Source: a virus (lineage: Duplodnaviria; Caudoviricetes). From it: a stretch of DNA of 52,914 bases. The stretch's first letter is position 1. Every line of letters starts with the position of its first letter. The translations under genes and the position numbers were made by a program. The stretch is taken from the IMG/VR virus record IMGVR_UViG_3300008107_000114, positions 1 to 52,914 of that record. One strand, 5' to 3'. Below the pieces are notes generated by a model. The model saw only the letters and a list, made by a program, of their open reading frames with translations. It was not told the DNA's origin and searched no databases. Below, one piece after another: positions 1-9,347 of this stretch.

Positions 1-2
1 AA

Positions 3-98
3 TTCGCAGTTGATTGGTTTCAGAATTGCCCAATTGGCGGGGATGTAAATAGCACCGAGGATGCGACAGAATACTACAACGAAACATACGGAAGGTAA
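3..98 (+). CDS. Partial (5'-truncated) small phage protein, paralog of 102..317
   Basis: Manual translation of frame 3: FAVDWFQNCPIGGDVNSTEDATEYYNETYGR*; the EYYNETYG end resembles EEYYNQQFG of the next gene. Confidence 0.55.
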   Translation, partial: FAVDWFQNCPIGGDVNSTEDATEYYNETYGR

Positions 99-101
99 CA
101 A

Positions 102-317
102 ATGAGCAATAATAAACAAAGTAGCGTTGAATGGTTATTCGACCAAATGAGTAACTATGCGGCAGGTGCAGTTACAGAACTGAACCCTCAGGAGATGTTA
201 GAAAAAGCCAAAGACATGCACAGAGAAGAGATTACAGATTCCTACACCGAAGGCTTTGTGGGCAAGTTTGTAACCTTTGAAGAGTACTACAACCAACAGT
301 TTGGAGGTGACAAATGA
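102..317 (+). CDS. Small hypothetical early protein (KQ[S/T]xVEWL...YYN type of Bacteroidota phages)
   Basis: 71 aa ORF, motif KQSSVEWL...LEKAKDMHREEI...EEYYN; ATGA overlap with the next gene. Confidence 0.7.
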   Translation: MSNNKQSSVEWLFDQMSNYAAGAVTELNPQEMLEKAKDMHREEITDSYTEGFVGKFVTFEEYYNQQFGGDK

Positions 318-694
318 CACAAGAAGAAATTAAAATATTCATTGACAAGTTTGAAGCTTTCGAAGAATTGGTAGATAGCACATTAAGAAAACTTCAGAAA
401 GTAAGTTACCATAGATGGTCAACAGATGGTTACTCAACTTCAATTAGGATAGATGATGACTCAGTAGTCTCAAGTTACGAGGACAGATTTGGTGAGTACA
501 ATACCGTTGAATTTCCGGCTAATTGGTTGCTTATTTCTGATGAAGATTTGATACTGACGGCTACCATTGACGATAAAATAAAGACAGAAGAGGCGCAGCG
601 TATTAAACTTGAACGTGAAGAAGCAGCACAAAAATCAAGAGAAGACAGAGAGAGGGAAGAGTATCTAAAATTAAAAGCAAAGTTTGAATCATGA
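314..694 (+). CDS. Hypothetical protein with C-terminal coiled coil
   Basis: 126 aa; ends EREEYLKLKAKFE; ATGA overlaps at both ends. Confidence 0.75.
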   Translation: MTQEEIKIFIDKFEAFEELVDSTLRKLQKVSYHRWSTDGYSTSIRIDDDSVVSSYEDRFGEYNTVEFPANWLLISDEDLILTATIDDKIKTEEAQRIKLEREEAAQKSREDREREEYLKLKAKFES

Positions 695-990
695 ACGATA
701 ATCAAAATCACAAAAAAGTATTGAGTCTGGGGTTCAGAGTAGATACCCCACAACTCCTAAAAGAAATAGCTCAGAACAATGGGGTCTCTGCTCTTAAAGT
801 TCCACTGAATGTTCTTCAGCACTGGCTAGGGAGATTAAGCGAAAGAGCAATCGAGTTGGATGACCCTGAACTAAACATCATCATGCTATCAATGGCTCTT
901 TATGAAGGTACTTCTTTGGAATTAATTCGAGCTATAGAAGGGCAATTTAACAGACTAAATTCTGCGGAGGTGAAAAGCAATGAGCAATAA
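691..990 (+). CDS. Hypothetical protein
   Basis: 99 aa ORF translationally coupled to its neighbours. Confidence 0.7.
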   Translation: MNDNQNHKKVLSLGFRVDTPQLLKEIAQNNGVSALKVPLNVLQHWLGRLSERAIELDDPELNIIMLSMALYEGTSLELIRAIEGQFNRLNSAEVKSNEQ

Positions 991-1147
991 CGAAATGAAA
1001 ACATATGCCGTCACCGGTGTACATCACGGTTCCATAGTGTCTGCGGTCTCAGAAGAAAAGGCTCGTGAAATTTTTCAAAGACACTACAGCAATGAAGAAA
1101 TCATTGCAGTCAAGGACATAACCGATTACAACCTAGAAAATCTATAA
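980..1147 (+). CDS. Small hypothetical protein (55 aa, absent from ORF track)
   Basis: ATG at 980, MSNNEMKTYAVTGVHHGSIVSAVSEEKAREIF...NLENL*; fills the gap, and the start ATGAGCAATAA is the same as at gene 102. Confidence 0.6.
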   Translation: MSNNEMKTYAVTGVHHGSIVSAVSEEKAREIFQRHYSNEEIIAVKDITDYNLENL

Positions 1148-1168
1148 ACAAAAAACATAACTAAAACA

Positions 1169-1573
1169 ATGGAAAATGAAATGAAATTCAGAGTAGGTCA
1201 ACGTGCGTGGTCATCTCGTCACGGTTGGGGAACGATTGATGGTTTTGATGCGGCCTCACAATACCCGATAATATTTAAACCAGATAATTTCACAAGGCAC
1301 TGGAACTATACACGTGATGGAAGGGACTATCAAGTAGATATGCATCCGACTCTATTCCACAAGGAGCAGGTGTTTGATTTCTCAGAGCCCAATTTTCCCA
1401 AAGGGACGCTTGGGTATTTTTGGGATGACAGCATGAAAGATAGGGTTCTATTTGGTTTTTATTCACATAAATCAGATCACGGTCATCACTATTCAGCAAA
1501 TGGTCCTGAGTACATAAATTTCTGTGCGTATCCGGAGTTACCGCCACAGTTCAAAGACAAATCAAAATCATGA
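1169..1573 (+). CDS. Hypothetical protein (SH3/KOW-like N-terminus possible)
   Basis: 134 aa; FRVGQRAWSSRHGWGTI N-terminus; A-rich leader. Confidence 0.7.
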   Translation: MENEMKFRVGQRAWSSRHGWGTIDGFDAASQYPIIFKPDNFTRHWNYTRDGRDYQVDMHPTLFHKEQVFDFSEPNFPKGTLGYFWDDSMKDRVLFGFYSHKSDHGHHYSANGPEYINFCAYPELPPQFKDKSKS

Positions 1574-1938
1574 CTGACGATCAAGTATTATTATATACAA
1601 TTGCTGAGATTCTTCTGGAAGTAAATCTCCCTGCCGAAAAGAAGCAACGCCTTGCTGATGCGATGTGTGGCGTATACGTACCCGCACTTGAAGTCCAAGC
1701 CAAAAGCAAAAGCAAAAGGTTTGAGGTTCCCGCTATCTCAGATGTCTTGGCCCACATGGAAAGCCTTCAGGTAATCAACTCTGAACGGCACTCAGCTGAG
1801 TTCTGGCACTTCTACGAATCCAAAGGTTGGATGGTAGGCAAGAACAAAATGAAGAACTGGAAATCAGCAGCCAGTAGGTGGTGCATTGAACTACCTCGTG
1901 GATCCAACGAACCTCAAAAGAAAAGGATAATCGTATGA
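1570..1938 (+). CDS. Replisome-organizer / replication-initiator-like protein
   Basis: C-terminal FxxPxxxDV...FWHFYESKGWMVGKNKMKNWKSAASRW motif typical of phage replication proteins; directly upstream of the primase-helicase. Confidence 0.65.
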   Translation: MTDDQVLLYTIAEILLEVNLPAEKKQRLADAMCGVYVPALEVQAKSKSKRFEVPAISDVLAHMESLQVINSERHSAEFWHFYESKGWMVGKNKMKNWKSAASRWCIELPRGSNEPQKKRIIV

Positions 1939-3662
1939 GTTACGTTGCAGATTTACAAAGACTGGGGATTGATACGAAAGGTAAGTTCTCTGGCTTGGTT
2001 AAAACAGTATGTCCTCGGTGTGCCAATCAGCGAAAGAAATCTAGTGAGCCTAGTCTATCAGCGAGTATCGATGAGGGTTGGTACAAATGTCATCACTGCC
2101 AATGGAAGGGTTCAGTAGTAGAACAGAAGTACAATCGGCCAGAACGTGTTGGCGAGGCTTTGGACCCACAGGTTTATCAGTACTTTACAAACCGAGGCAT
2201 TGACTACGAAACCGTAAATCACTTTAGAGTTACGCAAAGCGTAGAGAAGATGTCTGATGGCCAACAGCACAAGACCATAAACTTCAACTATTGGGATGGG
2301 GATGTACTCATCAACGTAAAGTACAAAACCCGAGACAAGCAGTTCAAAATGGTTAGCGGAGCTAAGAAGATTCCGTACAACCTGAATGCTATCAAGAACA
2401 GCGACACGATTATTATCTGTGAAGGTGAAGAAGAAACGATGTGTTGGCATGAAGCAGGATATCCTTTTGCTGTGAGTTGTCCCGCAGGAGCCAGCACAGG
2501 AAACAACAATCTTGAATGGCTAGACAATAGCTACAACTACTTTCAAGACAAGAAGATTTACTTGGCCACTGATAACGATGGCCCGGGTAAGAAGCTAAGG
2601 GAAGATTTATCTAGGCGATTTGAACCGTGCGATGTCTACGTAATCGAGTTTACTGAATACAAAGATGCCAATGACTATCTGAAAGCCAAGGGAAAGGAAT
2701 CTCTTGTCAGTCTATTTGAACAAGCAAAGCCGCTACCTATTCCTGAGATATCTACCGTAGATGATTTCAGAAACGAACTGATGGACATCTATGAGAACGG
2801 CTATCCGGTGGGTGATAGCGTAGGCTATCCTGAGTTCGATGAACTATTGACATGGAAGCGTGGTCAGTTTGTGGTGGTAAGCGGAGTCCCCGGCTCAGGA
2901 AAATCTACGTTCGTAGATCAAATCTGCTTGAGACTTGCCTTACGAAAGAACTGGAAGTTCGCAATGTTTTCTCCTGAGAATGACAACGTACTTAAAAGTA
3001 TTCGAATGGTTGAGCAGATTACAGGACAAGCCGTGGCCGGTAGCACACAAAGAAAGATGCCAAGGCCCATGTATGAACGTGCGCTCACGTACATAAATGA
3101 CCACTTTTCTTTCTATGATACTGCGAATCTAGACGATTTTAAAATCGACAACCTACTTCGAATAGCCAAGTCGCTTATCCGTCAGAAGGGTGTCGATGGA
3201 ATCGTATTGGATCCGTTCAATTACATTGAGCACGACAACCAAAACGATATCATGAATGAGAAAATCGGCAGGATGCTTGTCAAGATGAAGAAGTTTGCCA
3301 TTACAAACAAGGTGATGATTATCCTTGTTGCGCATCCTAAGAAGATGCAGAAGAGCAAATCTGGAAATCAGTACGAAGTACCACGCCTTTATGACATCAG
3401 CGGCTCCCACCACTTCTTTAACGTAACCGACAACGGATTTGTAGTGCATCGTGACTACGATACCGGGCTCGTGGATGTTTATGTCCAGAAGGTGAAACAC
3501 TATTTCATGGGTAAACTTGGGTATGCAACATTTGACTTTGACCCAAGCACCGGAAGATACAAAGAACAAAGTCAAGAATTTTACGATAACGAATTACACA
3601 ACTATGATCAAACCGATATCTTTAATCAAACTCCTGACCTACCTGATTGGCCAGCGTTATAA
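1935..3662 (+). CDS. Bifunctional DNA primase-helicase (T7 gp4/Twinkle-like)
   Basis: Zn-binding CPRC...CHHC, TOPRIM (ICEGE; ATDNDGPG; KDANDYL), SF4 helicase Walker A GVPGSGKS, VLDPFN, VAHPKK, YDISGS. Confidence 0.93.
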   Translation: MSYVADLQRLGIDTKGKFSGLVKTVCPRCANQRKKSSEPSLSASIDEGWYKCHHCQWKGSVVEQKYNRPERVGEALDPQVYQYFTNRGIDYETVNHFRVTQSVEKMSDGQQHKTINFNYWDGDVLINVKYKTRDKQFKMVSGAKKIPYNLNAIKNSDTIIICEGEEETMCWHEAGYPFAVSCPAGASTGNNNLEWLDNSYNYFQDKKIYLATDNDGPGKKLREDLSRRFEPCDVYVIEFTEYKDANDYLKAKGKESLVSLFEQAKPLPIPEISTVDDFRNELMDIYENGYPVGDSVGYPEFDELLTWKRGQFVVVSGVPGSGKSTFVDQICLRLALRKNWKFAMFSPENDNVLKSIRMVEQITGQAVAGSTQRKMPRPMYERALTYINDHFSFYDTANLDDFKIDNLLRIAKSLIRQKGVDGIVLDPFNYIEHDNQNDIMNEKIGRMLVKMKKFAITNKVMIILVAHPKKMQKSKSGNQYEVPRLYDISGSHHFFNVTDNGFVVHRDYDTGLVDVYVQKVKHYFMGKLGYATFDFDPSTGRYKEQSQEFYDNELHNYDQTDIFNQTPDLPDWPAL

Positions 3663-3912
3663 CGTTGAATACGTAAACCTAGCACCGACTCCAATGAGAG
3701 GTGTGGTTACCCTATTCAGAAAAATCAAAACGTATGAGGTAAAGTTCTTCGACACTTACCTGATAATCTACATCAATTCAAAACCCATTAAGATATTTTC
3801 AGAAGGGTGGAATACTAGGGCCGATCAAGAACTCTACATTGATCCGAAGACTCAAGCAATTTATCACGACTCAATAATAAAATATCACCGAGATGAACAC
3901 AGTAGTATATGA
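3604..3912 (+). CDS. Hypothetical protein (likely start MIKPISL at 3604)
   Basis: Internal ATG of track ORF 3517..3912; bridges helicase and polymerase. Confidence 0.55.
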   Translation: MIKPISLIKLLTYLIGQRYNVEYVNLAPTPMRGVVTLFRKIKTYEVKFFDTYLIIYINSKPIKIFSEGWNTRADQELYIDPKTQAIYHDSIIKYHRDEHSSI

Positions 3913-5565
3913 CGTTGAGATATTCCCTAATTTCTTTTCCTACACTGACATCGATGTTAAGACTCTGGAGAAAAATGTGTTTGTCCTGCATGAAAGTCAA
4001 GATGATTTAGATTCGCTTTATGAATACTTGATGGAACCAAGGTATCGAATTGGTTACAACAACGTTCACTTTGACCGGGTAGTTTGTGAACTTATCACAG
4101 ATAACTTTCGCAAAATGAAAACGCTTCCAACCAATGTATACCTGATTCACCTTTACAACAAGGTCCAGAACATGATGCGTGAGGAACAGCGTGAGTTTTA
4201 CAAAGGTGAGACTGAGATAGATTTATTCTTATTGAATCACTTCAACAACAAAAGTAAACTCACATCACTGAAAGCTCTACAGTGTAGTATTTTCTGGCCA
4301 GTGGTTCAGGATATGCCGTATCATCACACAGCGAAGGTCACCAAGGAAATGATTCCTGAGATTTTAGATTACAACTTGAATGATGTTCTGAGCACCAAGG
4401 CATTCTTTGAATTGTGTGTGCCTCAGCTGACTTTCAGAAAAGAACTAGGTAGCAAGTATAGGCGTTTCATGTTGAACATGCCGGACATTACAATCGGTGA
4501 GGAAATATTCCTAAAGGCCATTCGCAAGGATTTCGGATTGAGCAAGAAGGAGTTGAAGGAAGCGGTTGAGTTTGACAAAACGGTTGACTTGAATAAATGC
4601 ATTCTCCCCTACGTTAAATTTCAAAGCGAAGCTTTCCAAGACTTGCTGACTAAAGTCAAGTGGACGGTCGTTTCTGATAAGCAGAAGCTAAATTATTCTG
4701 TGAAATACAAAGGCTTTCAGTATGACTACGGAGTTGGTGGGATCCATGGATGCATTGCACCCGGGATTTACCAAAGCGATGATAAGTACATCATCATTGA
4801 CTTCGATGTTAAGAGTTACTATCCGAATCTTGCGATTCAAAATGATCTGCACCCCAAGCATATCCCTCAGGCAGCGTTCGTTGAAACCTACAAATCACTC
4901 TTTGAAAAACGTGTCGAAGCCCAGAAGGCCGAGAACAAAACTGAAGATACAGGTTTGAAATTCGCCCTGAACGGAGTGTTTGGAAAGACTGGTGAGATAA
5001 CCTCAGCCTTCTTTGACAGATACTACTTCTATTCAATCACGCTGAACGGACAGCTTCTGCTTTCAATGTTGGCCGAGCAGTACGTAGACAATGTTTCCGG
5101 CTTAGAAATGCTTCAGATTAACACCGATGGTATTACGGTCCGGATCCCTCGTGACAAGGTTCACATCGTAAACCAAATCAACGAGAAGTGGCAAGAAGAA
5201 ACCAAGTTGATTCTTGAATCAGTTGAATATTCTAAGATGATAATCCGTGATGTAAACAACTATTTGGCCATAAGCATGAATGGTAAAGTCAAAAAGAAAG
5301 GTATCTTTGAAACTGAAAAGCAACTACACAAAGACAACTCATTCTTGGCAGTACCAAAAGCTCTTGAAGCTTACTACGTAAACAACACACCGATTGAAGA
5401 AACAATAAAAAGCAACACTAACATCTATGATTTTTGCGGAAGATATAAGGCGTATAAAGGCTGGTCAGCAGTATTCAACTACTCGGACAAGGGCAAAGTT
5501 ATACAGGAGAATCACGGCAGAAGATTATTGATGCCGTAGAACCCAAACAATTGAGATTATTTTAA
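3893..5565 (+). CDS. polB: DNA polymerase family B with 3'-5' exonuclease; C-terminus disrupted near 5515-5521
   Basis: ExoI YDVE, ExoII GYNNVHFD, ExoIII YNLNDV; Pol motif A DFDVKSYYP, B KFALNGVFGK, C QINTDG; main ORF stops at 5539, while a shifted frame at 5521-5565 gives KIIDAVEPKQLRLF*. Confidence 0.9.
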
Positions 5566-6065
5566 TGAAAAACATACACACTTACACACTAGAGATCATT
5601 GACACTGTAATGGAGGCAGCGAATGTAGAAGATATCTACAGACACAAGATTCTCAAACACGTTTACAACCTAAAAAGTTACAAGGACTTCAAGCATAGGG
5701 AGCTTCCTGAAAGGAAACCAATGACCTTCAAAAAGCCAGCTGTCAAACTGGTATTTCACACGGTTCCTAACCATGTCCAAAAAATCATGCTTCTCTCTTG
5801 TGAGAAAAATGACATAGATATCGATGCGTTCTGCAGCAACAGGAGATTCCCAGAGATCCTCGAAGCGCAGCGCATGGTAATCTTCTTTCTACACAAGCAC
5901 GTAAACTACAATTCAGTGAAAGTTGCGAGGTGGTTTATGAAAGACCACAGTACGATTTTAAATGCATGCCGGGTACACGAAGCAAGAATGGAAACAGAAA
6001 AACTCTATCAGATAATTTACAAAAACTTCAGCCAAGAAGCGATGAAGATTATCGATGAAGTTTGA
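5565..6065 (+). CDS. Protein with DnaA C-terminal (domain IV) HTH-like domain, no AAA+ domain
   Basis: RRFPEILEAQRMVIFFL...VARWFMKDHSTILNACR resembles the DnaA signature R..IA.YL...IG..F.RDHTTV.HA. Confidence 0.75.
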   Translation: MKNIHTYTLEIIDTVMEAANVEDIYRHKILKHVYNLKSYKDFKHRELPERKPMTFKKPAVKLVFHTVPNHVQKIMLLSCEKNDIDIDAFCSNRRFPEILEAQRMVIFFLHKHVNYNSVKVARWFMKDHSTILNACRVHEARMETEKLYQIIYKNFSQEAMKIIDEV

Positions 6066-7890
6066 CTTCAACCCAAACCTTGACTGCTTTACCATCCACC
6101 ATTTGAATAGTAGGGATCTTTTTGGCCACTAACTCTGGCCCACGATCCCGCTTATTCTTTTCTAGAATCTGGCGGTGCTGAATCTCACATGAAACCATGG
6201 AGTCAATGATATCCGTGTTATCTACAAGATAGTTCTTTGCTTCGTCGATGATCTCCTGAAAGTAAATCTCCATCCAGAATTTCCTCAGGTAGTCAATAAT
6301 GAAAGCGTTACCACGTTCCCCGGTTGCATCACTCTTGTACCAACCGTAGGTTCTATCTCCTGCATTGAATGCTTTGCCCAGTAGGGTAGGACGATAAGCC
6401 AATAAGTCTTGACGATTGAGCTGTTTGTATTGGTCTAGAATAACGCCTCCTCGGTTTACCTCGATATTCACCTTTGCCTTTCCGAAATAATCCTGCATCA
6501 GAATTGTGTTGTGCATGATTACATCCGGATCCAATGCACGTTCTTTATAGATTGCAACGTACCTATCTGTATCCAAATCTTTGACAGAGGTGCAGTTGTC
6601 GGAACCGTCATTCAGTTTGCTGGAAACAAATGGAATCGGGTCCATTCCAGCAATGTAATTATGCTGTGGGTTGTAGCGTTCCAACATGAGAATCTTACCT
6701 TTTGGATTTGGTTTGACTTCAATCTTTCCATCCAACCCCTTGATTAAATCACACCGTTCAACTGGCGGGGGATTGCCAAGTAAAATTCTTTCTCTTTCGT
6801 TTAGCTTTGACATTACGTCCTGAGGTAATGAACCTTTTGCATTTGCGGTAAATACCTCTTGAATCGTAAGTGGATACTGCTTTATGAATGACTCCAGATA
6901 CTTCTTGTCTTCTAGTTTATCCAAGTTGTCTCTGGTCTTCATCACCCACTCTGTAGCAGCTTTCTCATCACTGTGTCCATTAGGGCAGAAGTTTAGAACC
7001 TTACCTGTTTCTCTGCCGTTGTTATCGAGTTCAGGTGCTGTCTGAATCCCCATCCAACCGGGTAAGAAAACAGTAAGCATCTTGATGATGTCAGCGTTTT
7101 TCCAAAGCTCAGCACCTTTCTTTTGACCTTCTACAGATGATTCACCCGCACTTCCCCCCATAACAATGGGAGCAACTTTCATAAAGCCGTCCTTCGTAGA
7201 CGCTTGGGCCGAACGATAAACCTTGTCAGCAAAAGGGTGTAGAAAGAACTCATCGAGAAATACATGCATCGCACGGAATGCTTCTAGAGAAGTTGGTTGT
7301 TCAACCGTATCACGAGTTACAATCTTGGAATCTAGACCACTGATTTCACCAGTTGCTTTGTCCAGTTTACCCATGTGCAGGTAACCAGTTTGTCTAGTGG
7401 AGATAATACCGGGACGGTAATAAGCATCAATGCCGTCAAAGACAACACGAAGTTTGTCCTTGTACATTTCTTCAAGACGAGTTTTATCCGCTGAAGTCAG
7501 AAGTGAAGTGGAACCGGGATTGGTGAATGCAATCCAAATTGGAATCACTCCACCAAAAGTTAATGATAAACCTGCCTCACGACGTTTGGTAACCATCAAG
7601 TCCCAGAAGGTATTTCTCGCTTCGTGGTATGAACCGTAGATCAAATCATCAAGATCCCTCCACACAGGACGGATCCTAGAACCATTTGCTCTCTTGATAG
7701 TTGCTTGAGTAAGCATGAAGTAGTGAGCAGGAGCTAAACCGAATCGTCCCTCAAGCCAGTATTGCTCACGTTCTTTCCCCCACCATAAATTTTTTTCTTT
7801 ATTGGTGGCGTTTTCGGATAGGCCGTATTTGCTCCACCATTTATCATATTCAAACTTGGAAGCAGTGGCTTTGCGTTTTACGATTTCCAT
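6049..7890 (-). CDS. terL: Terminase large subunit
   Basis: 613 aa; Walker A-like TKRREAGLS, Walker B VFLDE, coupling GGSAG, nuclease IAGMDP...IEVN...D; crAss-like style. Confidence 0.9.
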   Translation of the reverse strand: MEIVKRKATASKFEYDKWWSKYGLSENATNKEKNLWWGKEREQYWLEGRFGLAPAHYFMLTQATIKRANGSRIRPVWRDLDDLIYGSYHEARNTFWDLMVTKRREAGLSLTFGGVIPIWIAFTNPGSTSLLTSADKTRLEEMYKDKLRVVFDGIDAYYRPGIISTRQTGYLHMGKLDKATGEISGLDSKIVTRDTVEQPTSLEAFRAMHVFLDEFFLHPFADKVYRSAQASTKDGFMKVAPIVMGGSAGESSVEGQKKGAELWKNADIIKMLTVFLPGWMGIQTAPELDNNGRETGKVLNFCPNGHSDEKAATEWVMKTRDNLDKLEDKKYLESFIKQYPLTIQEVFTANAKGSLPQDVMSKLNERERILLGNPPPVERCDLIKGLDGKIEVKPNPKGKILMLERYNPQHNYIAGMDPIPFVSSKLNDGSDNCTSVKDLDTDRYVAIYKERALDPDVIMHNTILMQDYFGKAKVNIEVNRGGVILDQYKQLNRQDLLAYRPTLLGKAFNAGDRTYGWYKSDATGERGNAFIIDYLRKFWMEIYFQEIIDEAKNYLVDNTDIIDSMVSCEIQHRQILEKNKRDRGPELVAKKIPTIQMVDGKAVKVWVEVKLHR

Positions 7891-7891
7891 T

Positions 7892-8227
7892 TTACTTTTT
7901 CTTTGAAGATACTCGATCGGCTAGAGGTGTGTCGTCATCATCGTCGTCGTTGGATTCAATGTTTCGGACTGGGTATGCTTCGAGTAATGCAAGCTTCAAG
8001 CTCTTGTTGATTTTATCACCTGCTTGAAGGAGCTGAAAAAGAGCCTTGAAATAAGGATCGTCTAGGTCGATTGTCTTTGATTTAACACCGTCCATTAACT
8101 GCTTAGAAGCAGACACCAGTGTTGCATAAAAATCCTTTGCAGGATCAAACATTTGAGCCTGTAATCTTTCTATCGCCTCATCTTCAGAGAGGTTTTCATC
8201 TTTTAGGAATCTCTTGAGTTTCTCCAT
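7892..8227 (-). CDS. Putative terminase small subunit
   Basis: 111 aa helical protein immediately upstream of terL (mostly positional inference). Confidence 0.5.
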   Translation of the reverse strand: MEKLKRFLKDENLSEDEAIERLQAQMFDPAKDFYATLVSASKQLMDGVKSKTIDLDDPYFKALFQLLQAGDKINKSLKLALLEAYPVRNIESNDDDDDDTPLADRVSSKKK

Positions 8228-8378
8228 GTTTCAAATCTTTGAGGATTCGCTTCTGTTGTTCTATTTCCTTTTGAACCTTGTTGGCTTCTATAGGATTGTT
8301 TTGACCGGCATAGTATTCATGCCAAGAAATTAACTCTTCGAGTTTTTTAAAAGCTTCTTCAAGTTCCTTTTTGCTCAT
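8196..8378 (-). CDS. Hypothetical coiled-coil protein
   Basis: 60 aa ORF overlapping its neighbours in the operon. Confidence 0.6.
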   Translation of the reverse strand: MSKKELEEAFKKLEELISWHEYYAGQNNPIEANKVQKEIEQQKRILKDLKHGETQEIPKR

Positions 8379-8637
8379 TGTGTTGAATCATTTTTTCAAG
8401 ATACCAGCGTGCTTTTTTCAAATCCTCAATGCCGTTCTTGTTTTCGCACCTCCAAATATACTTAATTATATTGGCAGTGCAAACAGCATCGAGTCCATTT
8501 TTATGGACAGTGGCAGCTTCGATCGCATCGATGCATTCAACTTTACCCTGAGTATAGTGACTTGGGTGATTAACGTTATCTTTTATCTCCGTCTCAGGAG
8601 AAAGCCTAGAACTAGGCCGACCATCAAAGTAATCCAT
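8359..8637 (-). CDS. DUF3310 / SaV-like protein
   Basis: DNVNHPSHYTQGKVECIDAI...NIIKYIWRC..KNGIEDLKKARWYL signature. Confidence 0.88.
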   Translation of the reverse strand: MDYFDGRPSSRLSPETEIKDNVNHPSHYTQGKVECIDAIEAATVHKNGLDAVCTANIIKYIWRCENKNGIEDLKKARWYLEKMIQHNEQKGT

Positions 8638-8999
8638 ATGTAATTGTAGTTTGTTTTTTCAATTGTGACAACTTTACCGGGAACCTTTACCTCAAAAGGA
8701 ACCGTATCTTTGACAACAATTTCCTTAGGTTTTACGCTAAGCCAAACTCGATCACCCTTCTTAGTTATAATGACTTCTTTAGTTTCGTAAGCTGTATCGT
8801 GTTTGAATATAAATGAATCTTTATATTCTGGAACCCGAACTTTTACGTCCCTGATAATAGTATCGGTTACCGTCACGGTATCAGTCTGAATAAATTCAGG
8901 ATGTTTCTTTACTAATCTCTTGTAACGATCTTGAGCAGAACAGCTCGTCAAAAGAATAAGGAGCACTAGTGCCCCTATTAAACTTGTTTTATTCATCAC
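8583..8999 (-). CDS. Lipoprotein with C-terminal TM helix; candidate unimolecular spanin
   Basis: Signal peptide with lipobox LTSC; beta-rich middle; C-terminal YIWITLMVGLVLGFLLRRR. Confidence 0.7.
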   Translation of the reverse strand: MMNKTSLIGALVLLILLTSCSAQDRYKRLVKKHPEFIQTDTVTVTDTIIRDVKVRVPEYKDSFIFKHDTAYETKEVIITKKGDRVWLSVKPKEIVVKDTVPFEVKVPGKVVTIEKTNYNYIWITLMVGLVLGFLLRRR

Positions 9000-9237
9000 C
9001 TACAAAGATATCAACTATGCCTGATTTTCTCAAAAACGTAAAGGTGGCCATGAGTTGCTCTCGTGTGTTGCAGGTTTCGCACCCACAGTACGGACCGTAG
9101 CTTTCGAAAATTTCTCCTTCAGGAGTAACAAAGCTGCAGTCTTCTTGATCAAGAGACTCCAAACAGTTCTCCATGTGGTTAGATACGAATTTTTGTAATC
9201 CTTCAGCTTGTTCCGTTGTTAATTGTACTTCTATCAT
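8989..9237 (-). CDS. Hypothetical protein with CxCxxC motif
   Basis: 82 aa, PYCGCETC; promoter-like TATTTTCG just upstream. Confidence 0.65.
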   Translation of the reverse strand: MIEVQLTTEQAEGLQKFVSNHMENCLESLDQEDCSFVTPEGEIFESYGPYCGCETCNTREQLMATFTFLRKSGIVDIFVGDE

Positions 9238-9254
9238 GATCTCGAAAATAGTAT

Positions 9255-9347
9255 TTATTTCTTACGCTTGTTTATCAGCCAGTCTAAAATTATCCACAAC
9301 ACCAAAGTCCAAAACAAACAAACGCCAATGGAGAATACGATTTCCAT
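9255..9347 (-). CDS. 30-aa single-pass membrane micro-protein (absent from ORF track)
   Basis: MEIVFSIGVCLFWTLVLWIILDWLINKRKK*; TGATG coupling to the upstream gene. Confidence 0.6.
   Translation of the reverse strand: MEIVFSIGVCLFWTLVLWIILDWLINKRKK

Noticed and set aside
5537-5554. TAG readthrough/recoding to rescue PolB
   Set aside because: Readthrough adds only a few residues before a TGA; all long genes are open in code 11, so there is no genome-wide recoding
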